NCBI GenBank assembly: GCA_039180415.1
Contig: JBCDDH010000009.1
Span: 1-40,000, forward strand
From: Planctomycetota bacterium
GTDB taxonomy: Bacteria; Planctomycetota; Phycisphaerae; Phycisphaerales; Phycisphaeraceae
Reading direction: 5' to 3'
Length of the DNA stretch: 40,000 bases
Positions within the stretch are counted from its first letter, which is position 1, and each line of letters starts with the position of its first letter. Positions 10,207-20,185 of this stretch are shown here, piece by piece. The position numbers and the translations under genes are program-made. The notes beneath the pieces were generated by a model, which was given only the letters and a program-made list of their open reading frames with translations, was not told the origin of the DNA and ran no database searches.

Positions 10207-11174
10207 GTGTCTCGTCGCCGACCACTCCCGTCTTGGTCAACGGCACGCTCTGCGTCGACACGCTTAGCTTCGCCGACGGCTCGCGCCACGAGGAATGTTC
10301 CGGCGGCTGCGGCATGTACTTTTCGCTCGCGGCCGCGGCGATCGGGCAGCCCGTCCGCCTGCTCGCCGCGATCGGGGAGGACTACCCCGAGCCGTTCGTT
10401 CGGCAGTTCGAAGACGCCGACGTCGATACGCTCGGCCTGACGCGCCGCCCCGGAAACACCTTCCGCTGGCACGGCCATTACCACGACGACCTCGACGACC
10501 GCGACACGCTCGGCCTGGATTTCGATCCCGCCGTCGAAGCCCTGCCCCGGCTTCCGAGGCCGTGGGCCGACACGCGATATGCCTTCCTCGGCGTCAACGC
10601 GCCGGAGAACCAGTTCGCGTTGCGGTCACAGCTCCACGACGCCGACTTGGTGCTGCTCGATACGATCGATCTCTACGTCCACAAATACCGCGACGCGTTG
10701 ATGAAAGCGGTCGCCGCGTCGGACGGCCTGCTGATCAACCGTCACGAATTGACCGACCTGGCGGGCGTCGCGGTGTCGTCCGATCCCGACGATGCCCAGG
10801 CCGCCGCGGAGCACGTCTTTGCCGAGTTGCCCGCGTCGTCGTCGCTGGGTTTCGTTGTCGTGAAGAACGGCCCGGCCGGCAGCGTGGTCTGCTTCCGCGG
10901 GCACGCCCCGGTCGCCGTGTCGCCTTGCCCGCCGGCGGTGCTCGTCGACCCCACCGGAGCGGGCGACACGTTCGCGGCGGGGCTGCTCGCGTATGCCGCG
11001 CGTCACGGCCTGTCGCGCAGCGACGACGAATTGCCGGAGCACCTTGCCACGGCCTGCGGCTGGGGCGCGGTGCTCGCGAGTTTCACGCTCGAAGCCGTCG
11101 GCAACGCCCGCCTGCTCACGCTCACGCCCGAACAGTTCGAAGCCCGTCGCGCGGCCTACGCTGACTCGCCATGA
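10203..11174 (+). CDS. PfkB-family kinase (copy 2, diverged paralog)
   Basis: GTG 10203 overlaps the upstream stop (GTGA). [42 protein letters not shown]. Confidence 0.85.
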   Translation: MSVSSPTTPVLVNGTLCVDTLSFADGSRHEECSGGCGMYFSLAAAAIGQPVRLLAAIGEDYPEPFVRQFEDADVDTLGLTRRPGNTFRWHGHYHDDLDDRDTLGLDFDPAVEALPRLPRPWADTRYAFLGVNAPENQFALRSQLHDADLVLLDTIDLYVHKYRDALMKAVAASDGLLINRHELTDLAGVAVSSDPDDAQAAAEHVFAELPASSSLGFVVVKNGPAGSVVCFRGHAPVAVSPCPPAVLVDPTGAGDTFAAGLLAYAARHGLSRSDDELPEHLATACGWGAVLASFTLEAVGNARLLTLTPEQFEARRAAYADSP

Positions 11175-11911
11175 GCCGGCCTCGCCCTCAATCCCCGAAC
11201 GCCTCCGCCTTCACGCTGATCGAGTTGCTCGTGGTCATCAGCGTGATCGCCCTGCTGATCGGGATCCTGCTGCCCGCGCTCGGGGCCGCCCGCCGCGCCG
11301 CGGTGGACACCAAGTGCCAGGCGAACCTCCGCACGACCCACCAGTCGCTTACCGCGTTCGCCGTCGATCACGACGCCCGTTTGCCCCTGGGCTACCGGCT
11401 CGGCCGGATGCAGTTCAACACGATGGTGTACTCCGGCTTTGGCGACGGACGTTTTGTGCTCTTCGGCCTGCTCACGGACCAAGCCCCCGGAAGCGTCGCC
11501 GGCGGGTACGTCGGCAACGGCGAAACCCTGTACTGCCCGGCCGAGACCGCGCCGGGCCAGAACTACGACACGGCCGACAACCCTTGGCCGCCCGGCACCC
11601 CGGGGAACAACGTCCAGGCCGGGTACGCCTCGTTCCCGTTCGTCGATTGGGGTTTCGGAAGCGAACCGCCCGAGTGGCCGACGCTGGACAACCTGGAGCC
11701 CGGCCAACCGCTGCTCGCCGACGGCGTGGGCCTGCCCGACCGGCTGGATTCCCGCCACGTCGATTTCGTCAACGTGCTGTACACCGACTCGGCCGTGCGA
11801 CGCGTCGAACGCTCGGCCTTCGACGAACCGTTGTCGGAGATCACCGCGCTCGACGCGGCGTTCAACCCGCAACAGGAAGCGATATGGGAGATCCTTCAGG
11901 CTGCGCGTTGA
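11171..11911 (+). CDS. Prepilin-type N-terminal cleavage/methylation domain protein (DUF1559-like pseudopilin)
   Basis: ATG 11171 overlaps the PfkB-2 stop (ATGA). [30 protein letters not shown] followed by a Cys/Asn-containing body typical of planctomycetal DUF1559 proteins. Confidence 0.88.
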   Translation: MSRPRPQSPNASAFTLIELLVVISVIALLIGILLPALGAARRAAVDTKCQANLRTTHQSLTAFAVDHDARLPLGYRLGRMQFNTMVYSGFGDGRFVLFGLLTDQAPGSVAGGYVGNGETLYCPAETAPGQNYDTADNPWPPGTPGNNVQAGYASFPFVDWGFGSEPPEWPTLDNLEPGQPLLADGVGLPDRLDSRHVDFVNVLYTDSAVRRVERSAFDEPLSEITALDAAFNPQQEAIWEILQAAR

Positions 11912-12383
11912 GCGAGTTGTTGGATCCCATAGGTTTCCCCGTGGCGCGTCTCACCATCGCGGACGGAGCCACCACTCCCTGCTTCACTTGCCAAACAACG
12001 CGAGCGGGCCCGGCCAACCGGAGTCCGGTGAATAACCCCATGCATCCAACCCTCACACCGCCTCTCGCGGTCGCTTTTTCTTCGGCCCGACGCGCTTTCA
12101 CTGTGTTGTCGGCCTCTTATTCGCCGTCCAAGCTGGATTTTATGCCCGACGCCGATGTAGAAGCGAAAGTCGTTTGGTCCGAGCATGCGCACATACCAAG
12201 TCAGCGGATTACGCACATTCGAAGGGAGGTTCAAACGAGGTGCCTCACCAAAACCGATACGGTTCGTTGCGGGTCCGCAGCGCTCGACCCAACCTGCTTG
12301 CGTTTAGCTTTTCCTAGCTAGCGGTTAGCAACTACCTGCTTGCGCTGCGGCGATCGCCCCTATCGCCGATTGTTGACCGTCGG

Positions 12384-12692
12384 CTAGGTATCCGAGTTCT
12401 CGGATTGAAGTGGACCTTTGACGATTCTGTAGACCATCGGCGGTAAACCCCAGATTGGCCCAAGCGAGTATGCGGCAATCGCAGCGACTGACAACCAGAG
12501 GTTGAGGTCTTTGCCTTCGCTGAGGTTCAAGAGCGCGACAAAAACAACCGTGAAGCTGGCGATCATCAACCAGATGCTCAGCCACGTCAGCGAGTCGGGA
12601 ATCGGGCGGCCAAATCTGTCTTTGAGCAAGAACCAAATGTATAGCCAGCCCAAGAACAGCAATTTGACGACAAGCGTGAGTTCGAAACTCAT
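12384..12692 (-). CDS. Orphan small membrane protein (102 aa, about 3 TM) in a low-GC islet
   Basis: MSFELTLVVKLLFLGWLYIWFLLKDRF...SIWLMIASFTVVFVALLNL...LWLSVAAIAAYSLGPIWGL. AGGTGAG lies about 6 nt upstream of the ATG. Codon usage is A/T-richer than the neighbours. No family recognised. Confidence 0.55.
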   Translation of the reverse strand: MSFELTLVVKLLFLGWLYIWFLLKDRFGRPIPDSLTWLSIWLMIASFTVVFVALLNLSEGKDLNLWLSVAAIAAYSLGPIWGLPPMVYRIVKGPLQSENSDT

Positions 12693-12722
12693 ACCCGTCT
12701 CACCTGCTTTGTATAGGTGTTC

Positions 12723-13517
12723 TCACCGCCCCTCCAGCAGCCGCTGTCCGAGGAAGTCCGCTAGGTCCGGCACCTGTTCGACCTTGTCGATGACGTTCTG
12801 GATGTCGTATTCGAGGCGGACGAACTCGACGCGGGGGGCGGTTTCGTTGGGGTTTTCTTCGCTCGCCTCGTCGGCGTCGTAGAGGATGGCGTAGCTGGCG
12901 CGGGGGTCTTTGTCGCGGGGTTGGCCGACGGAGCCGGGGTTGATGATGCACTTCTCGTTGTCGGTGAACTTGTACATGCCGCCCAGGTCGGCGGGGGGGT
13001 AGAAGTCGGGCTCGTCGGTGAAGGCGCCGGCGACGTGGGTGTGGCCGCAGAAGCAGCGGGACTCGATGCGGTCGAAGATCTGGTCCATCTTGGCCGGGGC
13101 GGTGATCACGTCGTCGGGGAAGACGTACTCGTTGATGGGCCGGCGGGGGCTGGCGTGGACGTAGAGCGCGCCCTCGTGCCAGCGGCGGATCAGGAGGTTG
13201 CCGAGGTATTCCCAGCGGCAGCGGCGTTGGTCGTCGTCGTGCTCGTCTTCGAACTGCTTGCGGGTCCAGAAGGCGGCCTGCTCGGCGGAGGTGTTGAAGC
13301 TGGTTGGCTCGTAGAGGACGGCGAAGTCGTGGTTGCCCATCATGGCGAACTCGCAGTGCTCCTGGACGAGGTCGAGGCATTCGACGGGGTTGGGGCCGTA
13401 GCCGATGATGTCGCCGAGGCAGTGGATGGCAGAGATGCCGCGTCGCTGGATGTCGGCGAGGACGACCTGGAAGGCGTCGAGGTTGCCGTGGATGTCGGAG
13501 ATGAGGGCGGTGGGCAT
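12723..13517 (-). CDS. Metallophosphoesterase (calcineurin-like, YfcE/MJ0936-type)
   Basis: ATG at complement of 13515-13517 gives MPTALISDIHGN. Further motifs GDIIGYGP, GNHD and GHTH. The upstream 124 codons of the tracked ORF are Arg/Pro-rich and rejected. Confidence 0.88.
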   Translation of the reverse strand: MPTALISDIHGNLDAFQVVLADIQRRGISAIHCLGDIIGYGPNPVECLDLVQEHCEFAMMGNHDFAVLYEPTSFNTSAEQAAFWTRKQFEDEHDDDQRRCRWEYLGNLLIRRWHEGALYVHASPRRPINEYVFPDDVITAPAKMDQIFDRIESRCFCGHTHVAGAFTDEPDFYPPADLGGMYKFTDNEKCIINPGSVGQPRDKDPRASYAILYDADEASEENPNETAPRVEFVRLEYDIQNVIDKVEQVPDLADFLGQRLLEGR

Positions 13518-13657
13518 GGGGGCTGGGCGGGAGTATGGGGGCTCGTGATTCGTGGCGGCTCGAAGCGCGGGGTCGCGGTTCGCCAACGGCCCAAGGTACA
13601 GCATGGCCCGCGGCGGGGGACTCCGCGTGCTTCGGGAAGGCTTGGGGCGAGGGCCGC

Positions 13658-14815
13658 TTACTCGCTGGCGGCGGCGGGGGATTCGCCTTGGGGCTCGGCG
13701 GCCGCGGGGGCGTCGATGCTCAGTTCGTCGGCGTTGAGGTTGAGGGGGGCCGGGGCCAGGAAGGCGGGCCACTCTTCGGCGAGTTGGACGGCGCGTTCGG
13801 CCTGCCCGGGCAGCGATCGGACGGGGTTGGCGGGGCGTTGGCCGGCTTGCCCGGCGTTGGGGGCCAGGGTGTCCAGGACGGTGAAGCACTGGTTGGCGAG
13901 GTTGAGGGCGGGCTGTCGATTCTCGGCGGGCAGCACGTCGGCGGCGATCTGAGCGGTGGTGAGCCGGATGTAGCGGGCGGCGGCCTGGATGAACGCGCGG
14001 GCGGCGTCGCGGCCGAAGCCGCCGGGTTGGCCCAGCCCCGAGATGAACAGCTCTTGCATCGCGGTCAGCTCGGGCTGGTAGGTCAGGCCGGGGTCGGCGG
14101 CGTGGAGGGGCACCCGGGCGTTGAAGAGGCTCAGGAGGATGTCGCGTTGGCCCGAGACCTCGGCGGTGCGGATGGCGTCGATGAGCTTGCCGGCGACAAA
14201 GCCGTTGCTCTCGACGGAGGCGGCCTCTCCCAGGACGCGGATGAGCCGGGCCTTTTCGTTGTCGCGGATCCCCAGGGCTTCGTTGTTGAGTACGACGAGC
14301 ATGGAGCGGGCGGCGGCGTAGCGGACGCCGGGGGCCTCGTCGACGATGCCGGTCTCGAGCATGGGGACAACCGAAGCGTCGACGACGCGGGAGCCGAGCA
14401 TCATGGCGTTGATGCGACCGATCTTGGTGAAGGTGGGCAGCCCGTTACGGAGGGCGGCGGCGATGGCGCGGAAGTACTGGGCCTGGAAGGCGGCTTCGGC
14501 GCGGAGGTCGTTCAGAGGGACGAGGAGGCGTTCGCGGGCCTCGGCGACTTCCTCGGCGTCGGCATCCTCGTCGGCGAAGGCGGCGAGATTGGCGCTGATA
14601 AAGGTTTCGACTTGGCGGGCCTCGTCGGCGTTCCACGCGCCGTTTTTCTGAAGGACGGCCTGGGACAGGGCGTCGCCGTTCTGCGCGGACCCGGGCGGGG
14701 CTGCGGTGGCGATCAACAGCATCGCCAGCATGAGCGGAGTGGGAGAAGCGAAACGAGCGAGTGTGGCGGCGACCCGGCGGGCATGGCGAACGGTCTGCAA
14801 CACGCGGGTCTCCAT
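13658..14815 (-). CDS. Secreted hypothetical protein (signal peptide, Ala-rich helical)
   Basis: ATG at complement of 14813-14815 gives METRVLQTVRHARRVAATLARFASPTPLMLAMLLIATAAPPGSAQ, a signal-peptide-like N-terminus. High GC3. No family recognised. Confidence 0.7.
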   Translation of the reverse strand: METRVLQTVRHARRVAATLARFASPTPLMLAMLLIATAAPPGSAQNGDALSQAVLQKNGAWNADEARQVETFISANLAAFADEDADAEEVAEARERLLVPLNDLRAEAAFQAQYFRAIAAALRNGLPTFTKIGRINAMMLGSRVVDASVVPMLETGIVDEAPGVRYAAARSMLVVLNNEALGIRDNEKARLIRVLGEAASVESNGFVAGKLIDAIRTAEVSGQRDILLSLFNARVPLHAADPGLTYQPELTAMQELFISGLGQPGGFGRDAARAFIQAAARYIRLTTAQIAADVLPAENRQPALNLANQCFTVLDTLAPNAGQAGQRPANPVRSLPGQAERAVQLAEEWPAFLAPAPLNLNADELSIDAPAAAEPQGESPAAASE

Positions 14816-14935
14816 CGTGGATACGTCTGAAACGGGTTTGGTCGGCGTTGGGTCCGCAAAAAAGCCGAGCGGACACGGGGAAACTCCTCCCGCCAAGCGA
14901 CGCAACGTACCCCCGGTCGGCGGGCGGTGTCAACG

Positions 14936-16174
14936 TCAGTGCGTAGGAGTCACACCGGTCCGGTGGAGCAAAAAAGCGGCCGCGGCGGCGACGTCGGGCG
15001 TGGAGACCGTGGCGATGAGCGTGTCGTCGTCGCGTTGGCGGCGGTAATCGGTCGCGCCATCGGCCGCGCGGGCGGCGCGGACCACCCAATGCCGGGTGTC
15101 GTCGGGCGGCTTTGAACGCCCGGAGGCGTCGCGGTCGGTAGCGGGCCAGAGCGCGTAGCCCCAGGGGCCGACGAGGGCGGGGTCCGTGGGGCCGAAGACG
15201 CTGACGGTGGGCACGCCCAGCCCTACGGCCAGGTGCAGCGGCGCGGAGTCGTTGGCCAGGACCAGGCGGGCGGACGCGAGCACGGCCATGAGCCCGGCGA
15301 CGTCGGTCTGTGGCCAGACGGAGGCGATGCCCTGGGTTCGGAGTTCCGCGCGGAAGCTTTCGATGCGCTGGGCCTCGTGGGGGGCGCCGACCGCGACGAC
15401 GGCGGGGTCCAAGCCGTGTCCGCGGGCTTGGACCAACTCGGCGGCGACCTGGGCAAAACGTTCGACTGGCCAACACTTACAGCCCCACTGTGCGGTCGGG
15501 GCGACGACGAGGTACGCCCCGGCGTGCAAGCCTTGTTCGCGAGCCCAGGCTTCGGTTGACGCCCGCGCTTGGGGATCGACGGCCAACCCGAGATCGCCCG
15601 CGACTTGCGCCAGGGTTTGCGGGACCGGGATGCCGTCCGCGTGGAGCAGGCCGAGCATGGACCGCAGCGCCCAGACGTCGCCGACTTCGCCCGGCCCGGC
15701 GATCACCACCGACGCGCCGCGGCGTCGTTGGACCGTCCAGATGTCCTCGGCGTCGGCTTCGCAATCCCGCACGACGGTGTGCCGGACGTTGTATCCCAGC
15801 CAGCCGAGTTCCCGCGCGTCGGCGAAGCCCACGCGGCGCCGCGCGCGCGTCGCGATCGTCTGGATGCCCGAGCGGGCCAGGCCTTGCAGGTCGTACACGC
15901 GGTCGAAGCGCCGGCCGTGGAGGATACGGGCGAGCTTGGCGACCTCCCGGCTGAGCTTCCACGCGTTGCCGAGGCGGTCGCGGTGAAACGGGATCACGTC
16001 ATCGACGGCGGGGTGATGCTCGATCGCCGCGGCGAACGGGCGGTTGACCAGCCACGTGAGGTGGCAGCTCGGCCACTCGCGTTTGATGGCCACGGCGACG
16101 GGGACGGTCCGTGCGACGTCGCCGAGCGCCGAGGGGCGCACGATCAGGACGCGCTGCGGGTCCGGGTCGGGCAT
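14936..16174 (-). CDS. Glycosyltransferase family 9 (heptosyltransferase-like)
   Basis: RVLIVRPSALGDVARTVP at the N-terminus and LVLANDSAPLHLAVGLGVPTVSVFGPTDP near the C-terminus. Confidence 0.85.
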   Translation of the reverse strand: MPDPDPQRVLIVRPSALGDVARTVPVAVAIKREWPSCHLTWLVNRPFAAAIEHHPAVDDVIPFHRDRLGNAWKLSREVAKLARILHGRRFDRVYDLQGLARSGIQTIATRARRRVGFADARELGWLGYNVRHTVVRDCEADAEDIWTVQRRRGASVVIAGPGEVGDVWALRSMLGLLHADGIPVPQTLAQVAGDLGLAVDPQARASTEAWAREQGLHAGAYLVVAPTAQWGCKCWPVERFAQVAAELVQARGHGLDPAVVAVGAPHEAQRIESFRAELRTQGIASVWPQTDVAGLMAVLASARLVLANDSAPLHLAVGLGVPTVSVFGPTDPALVGPWGYALWPATDRDASGRSKPPDDTRHWVVRAARAADGATDYRRQRDDDTLIATVSTPDVAAAAAFLLHRTGVTPTH

Positions 16175-16244
16175 CGCGGCACGATACGGGATGAGGCGCT
16201 CCCCGACGCTTCGCCCGCCCGACGGCTCGGCGTGCGACGAGGTT

Positions 16245-17543
16245 TCAGGCGAAGAACGCCTTGGCCTTCTCGATGCCGGCGGCGAGGCGGTCCAGCTCGT
16301 CGGTCGTGTTCAGGAAGCTCAGCGACGCGCGGACGGTGGCGGGCACGCCGAAGCGGTCCATCACGGGCTCCGCGCAGTGGTGCCCGGTGCGGACGGCCAC
16401 GCCCTGGCGGTCGAGCACCGGGCCCAGGTCGTAGGGGTGCATGCCGTCCACGACGAACGAGAGGATGGACGCCTTGTGCTCCGCGGTGCCGATGATCCTC
16501 ACGCCTCCGAGGGCTTCGAGTTTCTCCGTGCCGTACGCGAGCAGGTCGGCCTCGTGCCGCGCGAGCGCCGCGTGATCGAGGGCGGTGTACCAGTCGACCG
16601 CCGCGCCCAGGCCGATCGCCCCGGCGATGTTCGGCGTGCCCGCCTCGAAACGGTTCGGCGGGTCTGCGTACTCGGTTTTCGCGAACGTCACGCGCGAGAT
16701 CATCTCGCCGCCGCCCTGGTACGGCGGCATCGCCGCAAGCAACTCGGGCTTGCCGAAGAGGACGCCGATGCCCGTCGGACCGAAAAGCTTGTGCCCGGAG
16801 AACACGAGGAAGTCGCAATCCAGTTGGTTCACATTCAGCGGCGGGTAGACGTCTGCCTGCTCGGGGTGGGTGGGGTGCGGCGCGGCCTGACACGCGTCGA
16901 GCAGGACCTTCGCGCCAACCCCGTGCGCCGCTTCCACGATCTGCTTCGCGGGATTGATCGTACCCAGCGCGTTGGAGACCCACACCACCGAGACGATCTT
17001 CACGCGTTCGTCCAGCATCTCGTGGAACGCTTCGAGATCCAGCTCGCCCGCGTCGGTGATCGGCACCACGGACAACTCCGCACCGGTCGCTTCGCACGCG
17101 AGCTGCCACGGCACGATGTTGGAGTGGTGCTCCATGTGCGAGATGACCACGCGGTCGCCCTTGCCGAGCGAGAGCGGGTTGCCCGGCCGGGTCGCGGCGT
17201 GGGCGACGAGGTTGATGCCTTCGGTCGCCCCGCGCACGAACACGCACGACTCGGCCGAGGGCGCCCCGACGAACCGCGACACCTTCAGCCGGGCGTCTTC
17301 GTACTGCTGCGTCGCCTCCTCCGCGAGCTTGTGCAGCCCGCGGTGGACGTTCGCGTTGGACTGTCGGTAGTAGGCGTCGATCGCTTCGATCACGCACGCG
17401 GGCTTCTGGGCGGTCGCCGCCCAGTCGAAGTACGCCAGCGGCTGGCCGTGGGCTTCGCGCGAGAGGATCGGGAATTCGGACCGGAGCAATCGCGAGGTTC
17501 CAGCGGGGTCGTGGGTCGGGGTGAGGCTTGCAGAAACAGACAT
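16245..17543 (-). CDS. sufS: Cysteine desulfurase SufS
   Basis: FSGHKLFGPTGIGVLFG (PLP lysine), RTGHHCAEPVMDRFGVPATVRASL (catalytic Cys loop). Confidence 0.93.
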   Translation of the reverse strand: MSVSASLTPTHDPAGTSRLLRSEFPILSREAHGQPLAYFDWAATAQKPACVIEAIDAYYRQSNANVHRGLHKLAEEATQQYEDARLKVSRFVGAPSAESCVFVRGATEGINLVAHAATRPGNPLSLGKGDRVVISHMEHHSNIVPWQLACEATGAELSVVPITDAGELDLEAFHEMLDERVKIVSVVWVSNALGTINPAKQIVEAAHGVGAKVLLDACQAAPHPTHPEQADVYPPLNVNQLDCDFLVFSGHKLFGPTGIGVLFGKPELLAAMPPYQGGGEMISRVTFAKTEYADPPNRFEAGTPNIAGAIGLGAAVDWYTALDHAALARHEADLLAYGTEKLEALGGVRIIGTAEHKASILSFVVDGMHPYDLGPVLDRQGVAVRTGHHCAEPVMDRFGVPATVRASLSFLNTTDELDRLAAGIEKAKAFFA

Positions 17544-17564
17544 GATCGATCGTAGACTTGCTGG

Positions 17565-17972
17565 ATGGATTCGTCGAAGCGCATCGCCGGCTTACGGATG
17601 CAGTACCACTTCCGTGAGTCCCCGCGGGGCCTGCTGGCGTGGGACGTCCACCGGCTGATCCGCCTGGCCGAGGGGCTGCCGGTGCGGGCGGTGCCCCTCT
17701 CCGACATCCGCGAGATCGACGAGCCGTACTGGTTCGGCCACGCCGACACGGGGCCGACGTGCCGCCAGATCGCCGAGCACGCCCGCCTGATCCGCGACGT
17801 AGACCTCACCTACCCGATCCTGCTCTGCCACGAGGGCCGGGTGATGGACGGGATGCACCGCGTGCTGCGAGCGCTGATCGACGGGAACGAAACGATCGAC
17901 GCGGTTCGTTTCGCCGAGCCGATCGAACCGGATTACGTCGGCCGTGATCCGGAAGAGTTAGCGTACGACTGA
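17565..17972 (+). CDS. ParB/Srx-fold (DGxHR) small protein, opposite strand inside the suf cluster
   Basis: ILLCHEGRVMDGMHRVLRALIDGNETIDAVRF carries the DGxHR motif of ParB-like nuclease/Srx domains. High GC3 throughout. The start could instead be M12 (17598). Confidence 0.7.
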   Translation: MDSSKRIAGLRMQYHFRESPRGLLAWDVHRLIRLAEGLPVRAVPLSDIREIDEPYWFGHADTGPTCRQIAEHARLIRDVDLTYPILLCHEGRVMDGMHRVLRALIDGNETIDAVRFAEPIEPDYVGRDPEELAYD

Positions 17973-17997
17973 GCTGGACGGTCTCGACCCGCGAAGC

Positions 17998-19341
17998 TCA
18001 CACCTCGATGCTCAACCCCTGCGCCTTCGGCAGCTTCTCGATCATTTCTTTCGCGAGCAGCTGACGGACCGGTTGCAGATCCATCCGGCCGAACCCCTCG
18101 GCGGCGAAGGCGTAGATCAGCATCGCGCGGGCGACGTCTTCGCTCAGGCCACGGGACATGAAGTAGAAGACGTTTTCGGGGTCGACGGCGCCGGTGGTGC
18201 AGCCATGCGTGCACTTGACGTCGTCGGCGTAGATCTCCAGCTGCGGCCGGGCGTTCACGCGGGCGTCGTCGCTGAGCAGCATGTTGCGATTGGACTGCAC
18301 CGCGTCGGTGAGCTGCGCGATCTGGTCCACGATGATCCGGCCGGTGAACACGCCGCGCGATTGGCCGTTCAGGATGCCCTTGTAGTACTGGCGGGAGTCG
18401 CAGTCGGGCGCGGCGTGGTGGACGCGCATGGCGTTGTCGAGGTGCTGATCGCCGTGGCCGACGTACAGGCCGTTGATCAGGCAGTGGGCGTTCTTGCCGG
18501 CCAGCGTGGGCAGCACGTTGTTGCGGACGAGCTTGCCGCCCAGCAGCACGGTGTGCGAGTGGACGTCGGCTTTTTCACCCAGGTGCGCGAACAGCGAAGA
18601 GACGTTGAACGCCGACTCGGATTCCTTTTCGAGCAGGTAGTGGTGGACCACCGCGTGCTCGGCCGCGAAGACCTCGGTGACGGCGTTGTTGAGGTACACC
18701 GCGTCGTCGCCGGTCGTGACGTAGTGCTCGATCACCGTGGCGGACGCGCCTTCCTCGGCGACGATCACGTTGCGCGGGTGCGCGGCGACCGGTTCGTCGG
18801 TCGGCGTGGCGATGCTGAGCACATGGATGGGCTTGTTCGCGTGCTGGCCGCGTTGGACGTGGACGAACACGCCGTCTTCGACGCTGGCGTTGGACAACGC
18901 TGTGAACGGGTCGTCGGTGTCTTTGGTCAGCCCGCCGATGAACGGCTCGAGCAGGTCGCGGTGCTCGCAGGCGGCCTTCTTGAGGGTGCAGCAGGTGACG
19001 TGGTCGCCGAGCGCCGCGGCGTCGTCGGAGAGGTCTTTGCGGAACCGGCCGTTGACGAAGACGAGGGTGACGTCGTCGAGGCCCGGGATGGCGAAGCGGT
19101 CGGCGTCGGCGCGGGACAACTCGGCGTCGTCGACCGCGCCGACGAAGTTGATCTGCTGCAACGCGTCAAGGTTGGTAAACCGCCAGGACTCGTTGCGTTT
19201 GTCGGGCCAGCCGAGCGCGTTGAAGCGTTCCCGGCCCGCGTCGCGCAGGGGGTTGAGCCAGCTCTGGCACTCGGGCAGATCGCGGGGCGTGGCGGTCTCG
19301 ATCACGCCGTCGAGTGTACGGGGGTGGTGGATGGTGGTCAT
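17998..19341 (-). CDS. sufD: Fe-S cluster assembly protein SufD
   Basis: 447 aa. SufB/SufD-type C-terminal beta-helix region (...NNAMRVHHAAPDCDSRQYYKGIL...LSDDARVNARPQLEIYADDVKCTHGCTTG). Located between sufC and sufS. Confidence 0.9.
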   Translation of the reverse strand: MTTIHHPRTLDGVIETATPRDLPECQSWLNPLRDAGRERFNALGWPDKRNESWRFTNLDALQQINFVGAVDDAELSRADADRFAIPGLDDVTLVFVNGRFRKDLSDDAAALGDHVTCCTLKKAACEHRDLLEPFIGGLTKDTDDPFTALSNASVEDGVFVHVQRGQHANKPIHVLSIATPTDEPVAAHPRNVIVAEEGASATVIEHYVTTGDDAVYLNNAVTEVFAAEHAVVHHYLLEKESESAFNVSSLFAHLGEKADVHSHTVLLGGKLVRNNVLPTLAGKNAHCLINGLYVGHGDQHLDNAMRVHHAAPDCDSRQYYKGILNGQSRGVFTGRIIVDQIAQLTDAVQSNRNMLLSDDARVNARPQLEIYADDVKCTHGCTTGAVDPENVFYFMSRGLSEDVARAMLIYAFAAEGFGRMDLQPVRQLLAKEMIEKLPKAQGLSIEV

Positions 19342-19357
19342 GGCAGGCCCTGGAGGA

Positions 19358-20143
19358 TCAGGCGGAAGCGCCGACGGCTTCGTTCACGCCGAACGGCGCG
19401 TAGCCGGTCTGTTCGAGGTCGGCGGCGACTTCCTTGCCGCCGGACTTGACGATCTGGCCCTTCACGAGGATGTGCACGTGGTCGGGCACGATGTAGTCGA
19501 GCAGGCGCTGGTAGTGGGTGATGAGCAGGAAGCCGGTGTCGGTGCCGCGCATCGAGTTGACGCCCTCGGAGACGATGCGCAACGCGTCGATGTCGAGCCC
19601 GGAATCGGTCTCGTCGAGGATGCCCAGCACGGAGCCGAGCACGGCCATCTGGAAGATCTCGAAGCGCTTCTTCTCGCCGCCGGAGAAGCCCTCGTTGACG
19701 TTGCGCTTGAGCATGTCGTAGGGCACGTTGATCTGCTGGGCCTTGGCGCGGAAGTGCTTGAGCAATTCGGCGGCGTCGAGTTCTTCCTTGCCTTCGAAGG
19801 TGCGCTTGGCGTTGACGGCGGCCTTGAGGAACTGCATCGCCGAGACGCCGGGGATTTCGACCGGGTATTGGAAGGCCAGGAACAGCCCCGCGTTGGCGCG
19901 TTCGTCGGGGCCAAGCTCAGTGATGTCTTCGCCTTGGAAGCGGATTTCGCCTTCCGTGATCTCGTAGTCCTCCTTGCCGGCGAGGACTTGAGCCAGGGTC
20001 GATTTGCCCGAGCCGTTGGGGCCCATGATCGAGTGGACCTCGCCGGGCATGATCGTGAGGTCGACGCCGTGGAGGATCTCGATGGACGGCTGGTCTTCGA
20101 GGCGGACGTGGAGGTTCTTGATTTCGAGGAGGGGGGTGGTCAT
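19358..20143 (-). CDS. sufC: Fe-S cluster assembly ATPase SufC
   Basis: ATG at complement of 20141-20143 gives [29 protein letters not shown] (Walker A), [14 protein letters not shown] (signature), [10 protein letters not shown] (Walker B). Confidence 0.95.
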   Translation of the reverse strand: MTTPLLEIKNLHVRLEDQPSIEILHGVDLTIMPGEVHSIMGPNGSGKSTLAQVLAGKEDYEITEGEIRFQGEDITELGPDERANAGLFLAFQYPVEIPGVSAMQFLKAAVNAKRTFEGKEELDAAELLKHFRAKAQQINVPYDMLKRNVNEGFSGGEKKRFEIFQMAVLGSVLGILDETDSGLDIDALRIVSEGVNSMRGTDTGFLLITHYQRLLDYIVPDHVHILVKGQIVKSGGKEVAADLEQTGYAPFGVNEAVGASA

Positions 20144-20185
20144 GGGTTTCTCGGGGTTTTTTGACGCCAAGACGCCGAGGGGAGG

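Noticed and set aside
10993-12321. 442-aa plus-strand ORF and 112-aa minus-strand ORF (11896..12234) running through the low-GC islet
   Set aside because: The long ORF is out of frame with PfkB-2 and the pseudopilin gene for most of its length, and it is Arg/Pro-rich. The 112-aa ORF has only a short protein-like stretch (NPLTWYVRMLGPNDFRFYIGVGHK) followed by Arg/Ser/Gly low-complexity sequence. Neither has support, and the region is reported as unassigned instead.
12314-12321. CTAGCTAG cores at 12314-12321 and 22442-22449 as paired ends of a mobile element
   Set aside because: The two sites are 10 kb apart and enclose core genes (sufBCDS, GT9). There is no flanking extended similarity and no transposase or integrase. 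They are more likely independent palindromes, so I kept them only as possible protein-binding sites.
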